Shown: positions 49,207 through 57,814, counted from the stretch's first letter. The stretch: DNA of 64,000 nt from an uncultured Clostridia bacterium (GCA_944383975.1 CALWRN010000068.1:5414-69413); one strand, 5' to 3'. A program made the numbers and translations. Notes: generated by a model from the sequence alone, not told the origin.

Positions 49207-50193
49207 TTATTTTTTCCTAGTTTCAACTGCAACAGCAAGTGCAACAGTTGCGCCTACGATAGGGTTGTTGCCCATTCCAATAAATCCCATCATTTCAACA
49301 TGAGCAGGAACTGATGATGATCCTGCAAATTGAGCATCACAGTGCATCCTTCCCATAGTATCAGTAAGACCATAACTTGCAGGCCCACAGCCCATATTGT
49401 CAGGGTGTAGTGTTCTTCCTGTTCCGCCACCTGACGCAACAGAAAAATAGTTATGCCCATTTTCAAAACACCATTTTTTATAAATACCAGCAACAGGGTG
49501 TTGGAAACGTGTAGGGTTTGTTGAGTTGCCTGTTATTGAAACATCAACTTTTTCATGTTTCATAATTGCGACACCTTCTGGAACATCATAAGCACCATAA
49601 ACTTTCACTTTACTTCTTTCGCTATTTGAAAATTTCTTTTCTGATAGAATTTTTAATTCGCCTGCCTTGTGATCATAAGATGTGTTTACAAAAGTAAAAC
49701 CATTTATTCTTGCAATAATATATGCGGCATCTTTTCCAAGTCCATTTAATATAACATTTAAAGGGCTTTTTCTGACTTTGTTTGCAGATGTTACAATTCC
49801 GATTGCACCTTCTGCTGCAGCAAAGCTTTCGTGTCCAGCAAGGAAGCAAAAACTTTTTGTATTTTCGTTTAACAACATACTTGCAAGTCTTCCATGTCCA
49901 AGACCTATTTGTCTTTCATCGGCAACAGAACCCTTAACACAATAAGCCTGCAAGCCTTCTCCAAGTTTAAGGGCAACTTCAGTCGCTTTATTAGTGTTTG
50001 TTTTAAGTGCAATAGCAGTGCCAAGTTCATATGCTTTTACGGCATTATCAAAGCAAATAGGTTGAATTCCTTTAACAATTTCTTCAACATTAATACCTGC
50101 ATTAGTGCAAATAGCTTTTGCTTCGTCAAGATCTTTAATATTGTATTTTTTAAGTGTTTCTTCAATAGAAGTTTGTTTTGCTGTTAAATCCAT
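49207..50193 (-). CDS. GGGtGRT-family protein (uncharacterised family)
   Basis: 328 aa containing SVASGGGTGRTLHPDNMGCGPASYG, the family's name motif. Confidence 0.8.
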   Translation of the reverse strand: MDLTAKQTSIEETLKKYNIKDLDEAKAICTNAGINVEEIVKGIQPICFDNAVKAYELGTAIALKTNTNKATEVALKLGEGLQAYCVKGSVADERQIGLGHGRLASMLLNENTKSFCFLAGHESFAAAEGAIGIVTSANKVRKSPLNVILNGLGKDAAYIIARINGFTFVNTSYDHKAGELKILSEKKFSNSERSKVKVYGAYDVPEGVAIMKHEKVDVSITGNSTNPTRFQHPVAGIYKKWCFENGHNYFSVASGGGTGRTLHPDNMGCGPASYGLTDTMGRMHCDAQFAGSSSVPAHVEMMGFIGMGNNPIVGATVALAVAVETRKK

Positions 50194-50861
50194 TATTCAG
50201 CCCTCCTTGGATCAATTATTGTAGTTGCTTCATTAAATCTTCCGTAAGTTTTTGTTGCTTTTTTAATAGCCTCTTTGCTATCCATTCCTTCTCTTAATGA
50301 TTTCATTAAAGAACCAATTGCAACATACTCATAACCGATAATTTCTCCATTTTCGTCAAGAGCTTCTTTGGTGATATAGCCCTCTGCAAGATTGAGATAG
50401 CGAGTTCCTTTTCCGTCTTGAGAGTAAACTGTTCCTACATTACTTGAAAGTGTTTTTCCAAGGTCTTCAAGAGCAGAGCCTACAGCAAGACCTCCTTCAG
50501 AGAAGGCTGATTGACTTCTTCCATAAACAAGTTGAAGAAAAATTTGTTTCATGGCATCGTTGATAGCATCACAAACGAGATCTGTATTTAATGCTTCAAG
50601 AAGTGTTTTGCCTGGAAGTATTTCTGCGGCCATAGCGGCAGAGTGTGTCATACCAGAGCAACCTATAGTTTCAACGAGTGCTTCTTTAATAATTCCATTT
50701 TTGACATTCAAAGTCAATTTGCAAGCACCTTGTTGAGGAGCGCATTTTCCACAACCATGTGAAAAACCAGAAACTTGATTAATTTCTTTTAATTGAATCC
50801 ATTTTGCTTCTTCTGGAATAGGAGATGGACCAAACCCTTTGATGTTCATTGGACAACTCAT
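50193..50861 (-). CDS. NifU-N-like domain protein, partner of the GGGtGRT protein
   Basis: GFSHGCGKCAPQQGACKLTLNVKNGIIKEALVETIGCSGMTHSAAMAAEILPGKTLLEAL resembles an IscU/NifU N-domain. A C-terminal extension of about 110 aa follows. A TAATG overlap couples it to the downstream gene. Confidence 0.7.
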   Translation of the reverse strand: MSCPMNIKGFGPSPIPEEAKWIQLKEINQVSGFSHGCGKCAPQQGACKLTLNVKNGIIKEALVETIGCSGMTHSAAMAAEILPGKTLLEALNTDLVCDAINDAMKQIFLQLVYGRSQSAFSEGGLAVGSALEDLGKTLSSNVGTVYSQDGKGTRYLNLAEGYITKEALDENGEIIGYEYVAIGSLMKSLREGMDSKEAIKKATKTYGRFNEATTIIDPRRAE

Positions 50862-51063
50862 AAAATTATTCCTCCAAGAATTATTTTATATAAATTGAAG
50901 TAAAAAACAAAATAAAATAAAGATTTATTTAAAATAGTTAAATAAGTTTTAAACCTTATTTGTTTTATAGAATAAATTTAAAATAAATATAAAATTAAAA
51001 AATATATTGTTTATTAATAAATTTCTTTAAAAAATATTTTATTTTAATTTATTATTAAAAATA

Positions 51064-51092
51064 TTGACAATTTTTTTGTAATAAATTATAAT
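51064..51092 (+). promoter_or_regulatory. Consensus sigma-A promoter of the Tyr T-box operon
   Basis: TTGACA (51064-51069), 17 nt spacer, TATAAT (51087-51092). Confidence 0.65.
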
Positions 51093-51129
51093 CTCAATTG
51101 ACAGTTGATTTAATTGTTTTGTTATAATT

Positions 51130-51361
51130 TATCAAAATGGTGTGGCATTATTAGTAGTTTTATAGTGTTTGTTCAGAGATAGGGTGGATTGGTGAAAACC
51201 TTAACAAGATTATAAAATGAATTACACTTGCTTCAAGTTTTGCGTTAATCCACGAACGGATTTAATAAGGAATGATTAAACTTAAATTTTAGGCTTATCA
51301 TTTAAAATTAGGTGGTACCACGAACTTACGCGTTTCGTCCTAAAGGACAACGCGTTTTTTG
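51130..51361 (+). promoter_or_regulatory. T-box leader (Tyr specifier)
   Basis: Stem I motifs CAGAGATAG and GATTGGTGAAAA. The candidate specifier is AAT-TAC-A (UAC, Tyr). The canonical T-box AAATTAGGTGGTACCACG lies at 51304-51322. The terminator is acgcgtt (51328-51334) / aacgcgt (51348-51354) plus T6. Confidence 0.88.
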
Positions 51362-51406
51362 TTATTATAAAGACAACAAAGAGTTGAAAGGTAAAAAGGA
51401 GTGAAC

Positions 51407-52507
51407 ATGAGATTGATAAAACCTAATTTTAAAAATTCCATAGTCAATGTAAGTGCAACCATTGCTAATTTTTTAGGTGCAACAAATAATTTACCTAAGA
51501 TACGATTAATAGAGAAATATCTTAAAAGGAATTATAAAAATATTGTCTATTTATGTTTAGATGGTTTAGGAATTTATCCTATTACTCAAAACTTAAGAAA
51601 ATCATCATTTCTTTATAAAAACATAAAGAAAAAGATTACTTCTGTTTTTCCTTCAACAACTACAAACGCAACATCTTCGTTGCAAAGTGCATTATATCCT
51701 TCACAACATGGAATGTTTGGGTGGAGTTTATATTTTGAAAAGTTAAACAGATGTGTTGAGTTATATATGGGAAAAGATTATTATACTGGCGAAAAAGTTG
51801 ACATGAGCGAGATAAACAAAATTTTAGATTTTACTCCTTATGTGAATTTAGCAAAATCTGATTATAAAATTAATACTGTTTTTCCTCCATATATAAAGAG
51901 TTCGGTAAATAATTACTATTACAAGAAAAATGACGAAATGTTTGAAAAGATAATTCAAATATGCAGGGAAGACGGAAAACAATTTATTTATGCCTATAAT
52001 GGAGAGCCTGACCATACAATGCATGATTATGGTGTTACAAGCAGTGAAGCAAAAAATATTATTAATTATTTGAATGATAAAGTTCAGCAATTAATGGAAA
52101 ATAATAAAGATACATTGCTAATTATAACGCCAGACCATGGACAAACTGATATAAAAGAATATATTGAGTTGTATGATGATCAAGATTTATTAAAAACACT
52201 AAAAGTTCCAATGTATTTGGAAGCAAGGGCAGTATCTTTTCAAGTAAAAGATGGTCAAGAAGAAAAATTTTTAAATATAATGAAAAAATATAAAAAAGAT
52301 TTAAAAATTTTTAAAGTTTCAGATTTAGTTAATAAAAACTTTTTTGGACCTAAAAGTGATAAGTTATATTTACTAGGTGATTATATTGCAGTTGTTAAAA
52401 ATGATTATAAAATTGTGCTAATGGATAAAGACGCAACAAGGTTTAAAGGTCATCATACTGGTCTAACTAAAAGAGAAATGATTTTACCTCTTATTATTAT
52501 TGGTTAG
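51407..52507 (+). CDS. Alkaline-phosphatase-superfamily enzyme (nucleotide pyrophosphatase/phosphodiesterase-like)
   Basis: YLCLDGLG (metal Asp), FPSTTTNATSSL (nucleophile Thr region), EPDHTMHDYG, ITPDHGQ. The ATG at 51407 follows AAAAGGAG. Confidence 0.75.
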   Translation: MRLIKPNFKNSIVNVSATIANFLGATNNLPKIRLIEKYLKRNYKNIVYLCLDGLGIYPITQNLRKSSFLYKNIKKKITSVFPSTTTNATSSLQSALYPSQHGMFGWSLYFEKLNRCVELYMGKDYYTGEKVDMSEINKILDFTPYVNLAKSDYKINTVFPPYIKSSVNNYYYKKNDEMFEKIIQICREDGKQFIYAYNGEPDHTMHDYGVTSSEAKNIINYLNDKVQQLMENNKDTLLIITPDHGQTDIKEYIELYDDQDLLKTLKVPMYLEARAVSFQVKDGQEEKFLNIMKKYKKDLKIFKVSDLVNKNFFGPKSDKLYLLGDYIAVVKNDYKIVLMDKDATRFKGHHTGLTKREMILPLIIIG

Positions 52508-52516
52508 GGGGAAAAT

Positions 52517-53062
52517 ATGAAATATATAAATGAAAAATTGTTATTAGCATTTCCAACATTAAATGATGAGAAAGACTGGTTAAGATATATTGATGAGTTT
52601 TATGAAAGTGATCCAAAAACAACTCCTCTTAATTTTAAAATAGGCGATGATTATAGAAATTGGTTAAATATAAAGAAAAATGAAAGCAAGGGAGTAAATT
52701 TAAAAGAAGGAAGAGTTCCTTCAACTGTATATTTTTTAAAGAAAGAAAACGACGACAGAATTTTGTGACATATTTCAATTAGACATAGTATTAATACTGA
52801 ATTTCTTTCAATTGTTGGTGGGCATATTAGTTATGGTGTGCGTCCAAGTGAAAGAGAAAAAGGTTATGAAACCATTGGTTTAAAATTGGCATTAAAAGAA
52901 TGTGAAAAATTGGGAATAAAAAATATTCTTATAACTTGCAAGAGTAACAATATTGCAAGTGCAAAATGTATTGAACATAATGGTGGAAAATTGATAAATA
53001 AAATACAATTTGATGGCGAAAATTTTAATAGATATAATATTAGTTTAGAAAAGGAGACAAAA
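52517..53062 (+). pseudogene. GNAT N-acetyltransferase with an in-frame TGA (52766-52768) and no stop of its own before tyrS
   Basis: A single frame is open from 52517 to 54307 except for one TGA. The downstream part, HISIRHSINTEFLSIVGGHISYGVRPSEREKGYETIGLKLALKECEKLGIKNILITCKSNNIASAKCIEHNGGKL, is a GNAT acetyl-CoA-binding core. The upstream part ends ...DDRIL*. Confidence 0.6.
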
Positions 53063-54307
53063 ATGAAAGTAGATACAAATTTATTTAATGAATTAAAAGA
53101 AAGAGGTTTATTATATCAGTGCACAGATGAACAAGAATTAAAAACTTTATTAGAAAGTGGAAAACCTATAAGTTTATATGAAGGCACAGATCCAACAATG
53201 GATAGTTTGCATATAGGACACTGTGTTCCATACTGCATTTTAAGAAGATTTCAAAAAGCTGGACATAAAGTTTATCTTTTAATGGGTGGTGCAACTGCTT
53301 GTGTTGGTGATCCTAGTGGAAAGAGTGAAATGCGTCAATTATTATCAAAAGAAGATATTGACAAAAATATTGCAAAAATAAAAGAAACACTTTCAGTATT
53401 TTTGGATTTTGATGGAGAAAATCCTGCCGTAATTGTTAATAATGCTGATTGGTTTAAAGGATATGATTATATTGATTTTATGAGAGAAATTGGAGTTCAT
53501 TTCAATGTAAACAAAATGTTGTCAAGCGAAATATATGACAATAGATTAAAAGAAGGCGGACTTACTTTCTTTGAAATGGGCTATATGCTTATGCAGGCAT
53601 ATGATTTTGTTCACTTAAATGAAAAATATGGTTGTTCTCTTGAATGGGGAGGTGCTGATCAATGGGGTAATATTGTTGCAGGGACCGAACTTGGAAGAAA
53701 ACTAAGTTTTATTGACAATAAAAATAGAGTTATGGTTGGGGCAACAAATCCTTTACTTCTTACTCCAGAAGGCAAGAAGATGGGAAAAACTGAAAAAGGT
53801 GCAATTTGGATTGATAAAGACAAAATATCTGCTTATGATTTTTATCAAGGGGTATATCAAACTCCAGATGCTTGCGTTGAAATGATGTTTGCACTTTTCA
53901 CTGATGTTCCTATGGATAAGGTTAAAGCCTTAATTAAAGAGGACATAATCAAGGCTAAAAAAGAGTTGTGCTTTGAAATTACAAAATTTGTTAGAGGGGA
54001 AGAAGATGCAATAAAGGCACAACAAATGAGTGAAAATTTATTTACTCATGGTGGCGACGATGCTCCAGAATTTGAAGTTAGCAAAGAAAGCGTTGATAAT
54101 GGAATCAACATTTGTGATTTACTTTATATGACAAAGTTGGCATCATCAAAAAGTGAAGCAAGAAGACTTATTGAAGGCAATGCTATTACTATGAAAGGTG
54201 AAAAGGTTACAACATTTACAAAAATTGTAAGAGCTGAAGATTTTGAAAATAATTCTTTGTTGTTAAAGAAAGGCAAAAAGAGTTTTATTAAAGTAGTTAT
54301 CAAATAA
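53063..54307 (+). CDS. tyrS: Tyrosine--tRNA ligase
   Basis: SLHIGHCVP (HIGH), KKMGKTEKG (KMSKS-like), GGADQWGNI, and a C-terminal S4 domain (SKSEARRLIEGNAITMKGEKV). The ATG at 53063 lies 7 nt after AAGGAG. Confidence 0.93.
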   Translation: MKVDTNLFNELKERGLLYQCTDEQELKTLLESGKPISLYEGTDPTMDSLHIGHCVPYCILRRFQKAGHKVYLLMGGATACVGDPSGKSEMRQLLSKEDIDKNIAKIKETLSVFLDFDGENPAVIVNNADWFKGYDYIDFMREIGVHFNVNKMLSSEIYDNRLKEGGLTFFEMGYMLMQAYDFVHLNEKYGCSLEWGGADQWGNIVAGTELGRKLSFIDNKNRVMVGATNPLLLTPEGKKMGKTEKGAIWIDKDKISAYDFYQGVYQTPDACVEMMFALFTDVPMDKVKALIKEDIIKAKKELCFEITKFVRGEEDAIKAQQMSENLFTHGGDDAPEFEVSKESVDNGINICDLLYMTKLASSKSEARRLIEGNAITMKGEKVTTFTKIVRAEDFENNSLLLKKGKKSFIKVVIK

Positions 54308-54333
54308 AAATTAAACAAGTTATAGGAATAGAA

Positions 54334-54693
54334 ATGGAATTCAAAAATGTTGTTGAAATAATTGAAAAGAAATCAAAATTTTTAGGCTACCTTCTTGAAT
54401 GTAAGAGTGAGACTGAAATAAAACAAGCCCTTGAATTTTTAAAAAAAGAGCACAAAAAAGCGACGCATATTTGTTATGCTTGCAGACTTAAAAGTCCATT
54501 TTATGAAAAAGCAGTTGATGATGGGGAACCAAGCGGAACAGCTGGAAGACCAATTCTTTCAGTTTTACAAAAAAAAGATGTAAGTGATGTTTGTGTTTTT
54601 ATAGTGCGATACTTTGGTGGAATCAAACTAGGTGCTGGTGGATTGGTGCGCATATATGCAAAAACGACCTCTGAATTATTTAAACAAAAATAA
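54334..54693 (+). CDS. yigZ: YigZ/IMPACT-family N-terminal domain protein
   Basis: KKSKFLGYL, HICYAC, DDGEPSGTAGRPIL, VRYFGGIKLGAGGLVRIY. Confidence 0.85.
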   Translation: MEFKNVVEIIEKKSKFLGYLLECKSETEIKQALEFLKKEHKKATHICYACRLKSPFYEKAVDDGEPSGTAGRPILSVLQKKDVSDVCVFIVRYFGGIKLGAGGLVRIYAKTTSELFKQK

Positions 54694-54869
54694 AATAAAT
54701 TAAATTAAATTAATTAAATAAAAATGACAAAAAAATAAATTAATTTTAAATAATTAATAAAAAATAAAAATAATTAAATATAAAATAAATAAAAAATATT
54801 TTTTAAATATATAATTAATTTAATTTTAAATAATTTATTTATTATTTTAATTAAATTAATATTAATTTA
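54691..54869. other. About 180 bp almost pure A/T tract (100% A/T over 54729-54869), between yigZ and recX
   Basis: By direct reading only g54726 and c54728 interrupt A/T. The left part is A-rich and the right part T-rich, around the palindrome aaaaaatatttttt (~54792-54805). It uses the same short words as the 32.9 kb tract. Confidence 0.9.
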
Positions 54870-54888
54870 CAAAATTTAAGGAGAAAAG

Positions 54889-55509
54889 TTGAAACAGATA
54901 ACTGAAATCAAAAAGATTGGAAAAGGTGAAAGATATTATCTATATTTAGATGATGAGTTTTTTGGTATTTATGAGGCTGAGATTTTAGCAAGACATTCAT
55001 TAAAGACAGGTCAATGTTTTGACGAAGATTTTTATGAAAAGTTAAAACTTGAAAATGGAGACTACGCATGTTTTAATAGAGGACTTGGTGTTCTTGAAAA
55101 AAGTATGAAAACAGAAAAGATGCTTAAAGATTATCTTAAAGAAAAAGGATATCCCATAGTTTGTATTGAAAAGGCTGTTGAAAAAATAAAAAACTATGGT
55201 TATATTGATGATAGTCAGTTTTGTGAAAATTATATAAATTCTTATTCCAAGAATAAAAGCAAAAGAAAACTTAAATATGATTTGCTTTCAAAAGGTGTTG
55301 CAGAAGATGTTATTGACGAAAAACTTAAGGAAATAGTAGATGATGAAAGTGAGCATCAAATTTGTTTGTCTTTAGGAAATAAATATTTAAAAAACAAAGA
55401 TATTGATTTGAAAACTAAACAAAAGTTTTTCAATCATTTGGCTGGAAAAGGTTTTGGCTTTGGTTTGATTTCACAGGTTTGGGAGGAAATTGTAAATGGT
55501 AGGAATTGA
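54889..55509 (+). CDS. recX: Recombination regulator RecX
   Basis: 206 aa with a TTG start 5 nt after AAGGAG. The helical-repeat pattern includes YGYIDDSQFCENYINS and LSKGVAEDVID. Confidence 0.7.
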   Translation: MKQITEIKKIGKGERYYLYLDDEFFGIYEAEILARHSLKTGQCFDEDFYEKLKLENGDYACFNRGLGVLEKSMKTEKMLKDYLKEKGYPIVCIEKAVEKIKNYGYIDDSQFCENYINSYSKNKSKRKLKYDLLSKGVAEDVIDEKLKEIVDDESEHQICLSLGNKYLKNKDIDLKTKQKFFNHLAGKGFGFGLISQVWEEIVNGRN

Positions 55510-55858
55510 TATTATTGATATTGCAAGAGTAGATAAAAGTGATGAGTTTTTAAATAAAATTGCAAACGATAGCGAAATAGAATATGTAAAAAAATCATTT
55601 TGTGAAAGTCTGCGCCATCAAAGAACAGGTGCTTTGTTTTGCGTCAAAGAAGCTGTAATGAAAGCTCTTGAAATGGGAAAGAACAGTGGGGTGGTTTTTA
55701 AAGATATTGAATTAAGCCATGAAGAAAGTGGAAAACCTATTGTAATATTGCATGGAAAGGCACTTGAAAAATACAACAATTTTTTTAAAGGCAAAAATAT
55801 TGAAATATCACTTTCTCACACTCCAGAATATGCAACAGCCATTGCTGTGATTATGTAA
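55496..55858 (+). CDS. acpS: Holo-[acyl-carrier-protein] synthase
   Basis: MVGIDIIDIARV, FCVKEAVMKAL, ISLSHTPEYATAIAVI. Confidence 0.92.
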   Translation: MVGIDIIDIARVDKSDEFLNKIANDSEIEYVKKSFCESLRHQRTGALFCVKEAVMKALEMGKNSGVVFKDIELSHEESGKPIVILHGKALEKYNNFFKGKNIEISLSHTPEYATAIAVIM

Positions 55859-55871
55859 ATTACAAAAATAT

Positions 55872-55897
55872 AAAGAGGTATAATTGCCTCTTTTTTA
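55872..55897 (+). terminator. Rho-independent terminator after acpS
   Basis: aaagagg pairs with cctcttt, followed by a T-run. Confidence 0.6.
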
Positions 55898-55950
55898 TTT
55901 ATACTAATTTTGAATTTTAAGTTTAAACTTTCTTTGAAAGGAGAATAATT

Positions 55951-56208
55951 ATGGAAAATACTAGAAAGTATGCAAGAGAACTTCAAAAAAAGATTAAAAA
56001 TGTAGAAAAATTAAATGGAGACTATATTTCTTATGTTTTGCATGAAAATTTTTCTAATAATCAGCATATTATGCTAGTAGAGGAGAAAGTTGACATGAGT
56101 GAAATCTATGGTGAACTTTCTGACCTTGAAAAAGCCGATTTAATAGATTTTTGGAATAAGGAAAATAATGGAAGATCAAATAAGAAGAGGAGAAATCTAC
56201 TATGCTGA
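55951..56208 (+). CDS. Putative antitoxin partner of MazF (non-canonical, no RHH/AbrB motif seen)
   Basis: 85 aa ORF with RBS AAGGAGA, immediately upstream of mazF and overlapping it by 41 nt. It is acidic in the middle and basic at the C-terminus. Confidence 0.45.
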   Translation: MENTRKYARELQKKIKNVEKLNGDYISYVLHENFSNNQHIMLVEEKVDMSEIYGELSDLEKADLIDFWNKENNGRSNKKRRNLLC

Positions 56209-56515
56209 CCTTAGCCCTGTTGTAGGAAGTGAACAGGGTGGTGTTCGTCCAGTCCTTATTTTGCAAAATGATATTGGGAATAAATATTCTCCGACTGTTA
56301 TTGTTTCAGCAATAACAAGCCAGCTTGGAAAAGCAAAACTTCCAACGCATATTGAACTTCCAGCAGATAGATATAATCTTCCAAAAAACTCTGTTGCTTT
56401 ACTAGAACAAATAAGAACATTAGATAAAAGAAGGTTGCAAGAAAAAGTTACAACATTGTCAGCAGAAAAAATGAGAGAAGTTAACAAAGCCCTTCTTATA
56501 TCATTAGGATTTTAA
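56168..56515 (+). CDS. mazF: Type II toxin MazF/EndoA (PemK family mRNA interferase)
   Basis: [55 protein letters not shown]...[13 protein letters not shown] is nearly collinear with Bacillus EndoA/NdoA. Confidence 0.93.
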   Translation: MEDQIRRGEIYYADLSPVVGSEQGGVRPVLILQNDIGNKYSPTVIVSAITSQLGKAKLPTHIELPADRYNLPKNSVALLEQIRTLDKRRLQEKVTTLSAEKMREVNKALLISLGF

Positions 56516-56544
56516 TAGTCTAAATAAAAAGGTTGACTTAAATA

Positions 56545-56576
56545 AAAAGTCCACGCATAACACGTGGATTTTTTTA
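56545..56576. terminator. Bidirectional terminator (mazF / NUDIX-like gene)
   Basis: tccacg (56550-56555) pairs with cgtgga (56563-56568), followed by a T-run, with an A-run upstream. Confidence 0.7.
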
Positions 56577-57335
56577 ATCTTTATTTAAAGGATTGCTTTT
56601 ATTTTTTTCGTTTATACTATCTTTAACAAAAGAAATAAATTTTTCTCTTCCAATAACTGAAGAAAGAGCAGACTGAAGAATTATTGATGATGTTGTTTGT
56701 TTGCTTTCTAAATTTTCAATTTCATCTAAAAATGCTGACAAATCTCTTCCTTTTATTTCTATGCAACTTATATCTTCTGATGATTCAAGATTTTGTGCAC
56801 CAGGTATTCCACTAATTTCAGCAAGATAAGTTTGTTCTGTTTCATTAGATAAGCCGGCTGATTTATTCATAATTGGAGTCATAGGAATTGTTTTTAAAAT
56901 TTTTACTTCACCACATTCTTCTGAAAGTTCTCTTGAAACTGATTTTAATATTGTGTTTTTAGGTTGTCCTAATTCAACATCGGACTTATCAAGTAGGCCA
57001 GCGAAGCAAGAAAGTTCTCTTGAATGAATAGGGAATCTATACTGATTTCCTATGATGAAAATTGGTTCACCATCTTTATCAATATAATAAGGAAGAACAG
57101 ATACAGCATCCGGCAAATTTGTATCATTTATTTTTGTTGGTCTTGACACAACACTATATGGAATAATTTTTCCATTTTCATCTTGATATGTAACATTATA
57201 TAATCCAATAAATTTTGTAACGCTTGTTGGACTTGGTTCAAAAGATACTTGTTTATATTTAGGGTAACTTTTTTCCATATTTAAAATAAATTTTGTATTT
57301 GGTTGATATCTAACTCTCATAATATCCTCCATCAT
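56574..57335 (-). CDS. NUDIX-like hydrolase (ADP-ribose pyrophosphatase-like, divergent box)
   Basis: QYRFPIHSRELSCFAGLLD ... SVSRELSEECGEV resembles the NudF layout, with an insertion in the Nudix box. The true start may be the third Met (57320), which follows GGAGGA. Confidence 0.5.
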   Translation of the reverse strand: MMEDIMRVRYQPNTKFILNMEKSYPKYKQVSFEPSPTSVTKFIGLYNVTYQDENGKIIPYSVVSRPTKINDTNLPDAVSVLPYYIDKDGEPIFIIGNQYRFPIHSRELSCFAGLLDKSDVELGQPKNTILKSVSRELSEECGEVKILKTIPMTPIMNKSAGLSNETEQTYLAEISGIPGAQNLESSEDISCIEIKGRDLSAFLDEIENLESKQTTSSIILQSALSSVIGREKFISFVKDSINEKNKSNPLNKD

Positions 57336-57343
57336 ATTATTGT

Positions 57344-57814
57344 TTAATTAAGATGATTTTTATCTTTATCCTTATAAATCTGTTCAATTTTTTCTTCTAA
57401 TTTATCTATTCTATCATGTGAAACACTTATTCCGTTTAGGCAATAAATAGTAAAAGCCCAGGTCATACAAGTAATCAAAGCATCAATCAAAAATTTATAG
57501 TCTTGAAAAACACACAATAATACGATACTAACAATTAGATTTATAAAACAAAAAACAAACAAAATTTTTGCACATAATTCATAACTTTTACCATATCCTT
57601 TAAATTCGCTTAAATTTTCTTTATAAAGTTTATTTTCATTTAAAAAGTCTTTTATATTATTAAGGTTCTGATTATGGTTGTATGTATTGCCGTCTATTGA
57701 TTTTTGTTTGTTTTCTTCTTCCCAATTTATTCTTTGTTTTTTTATTTTTTTATGATAATCTTCAACCGAAACTCCGTTATCAAAAATATTCTTTTCTTTA
57801 TTTTTATCTTGCAT
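57344..57814 (-). CDS. Hypothetical membrane protein
   Basis: 156 aa with a polar N-terminal half and two TM segments. It lies upstream of the NUDIX-like gene on the same strand. Confidence 0.55.
   Translation of the reverse strand: MQDKNKEKNIFDNGVSVEDYHKKIKKQRINWEEENKQKSIDGNTYNHNQNLNNIKDFLNENKLYKENLSEFKGYGKSYELCAKILFVFCFINLIVSIVLLCVFQDYKFLIDALITCMTWAFTIYCLNGISVSHDRIDKLEEKIEQIYKDKDKNHLN

Noticed and set aside
52766-52768. The in-frame TGA as evidence for an alternative genetic code (code 4 Trp or code 25 Gly).
   Set aside because: About 60 conserved genes in the window, including the 1043 aa IleS, are uninterrupted under code 11. Trp is consistently TGG, the only tRNA-Trp seen has anticodon CCA, and TGA terminates other genes (for example 9399-9401, 28932-28934, 27434-27436). 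A local lesion or recoding is more parsimonious.
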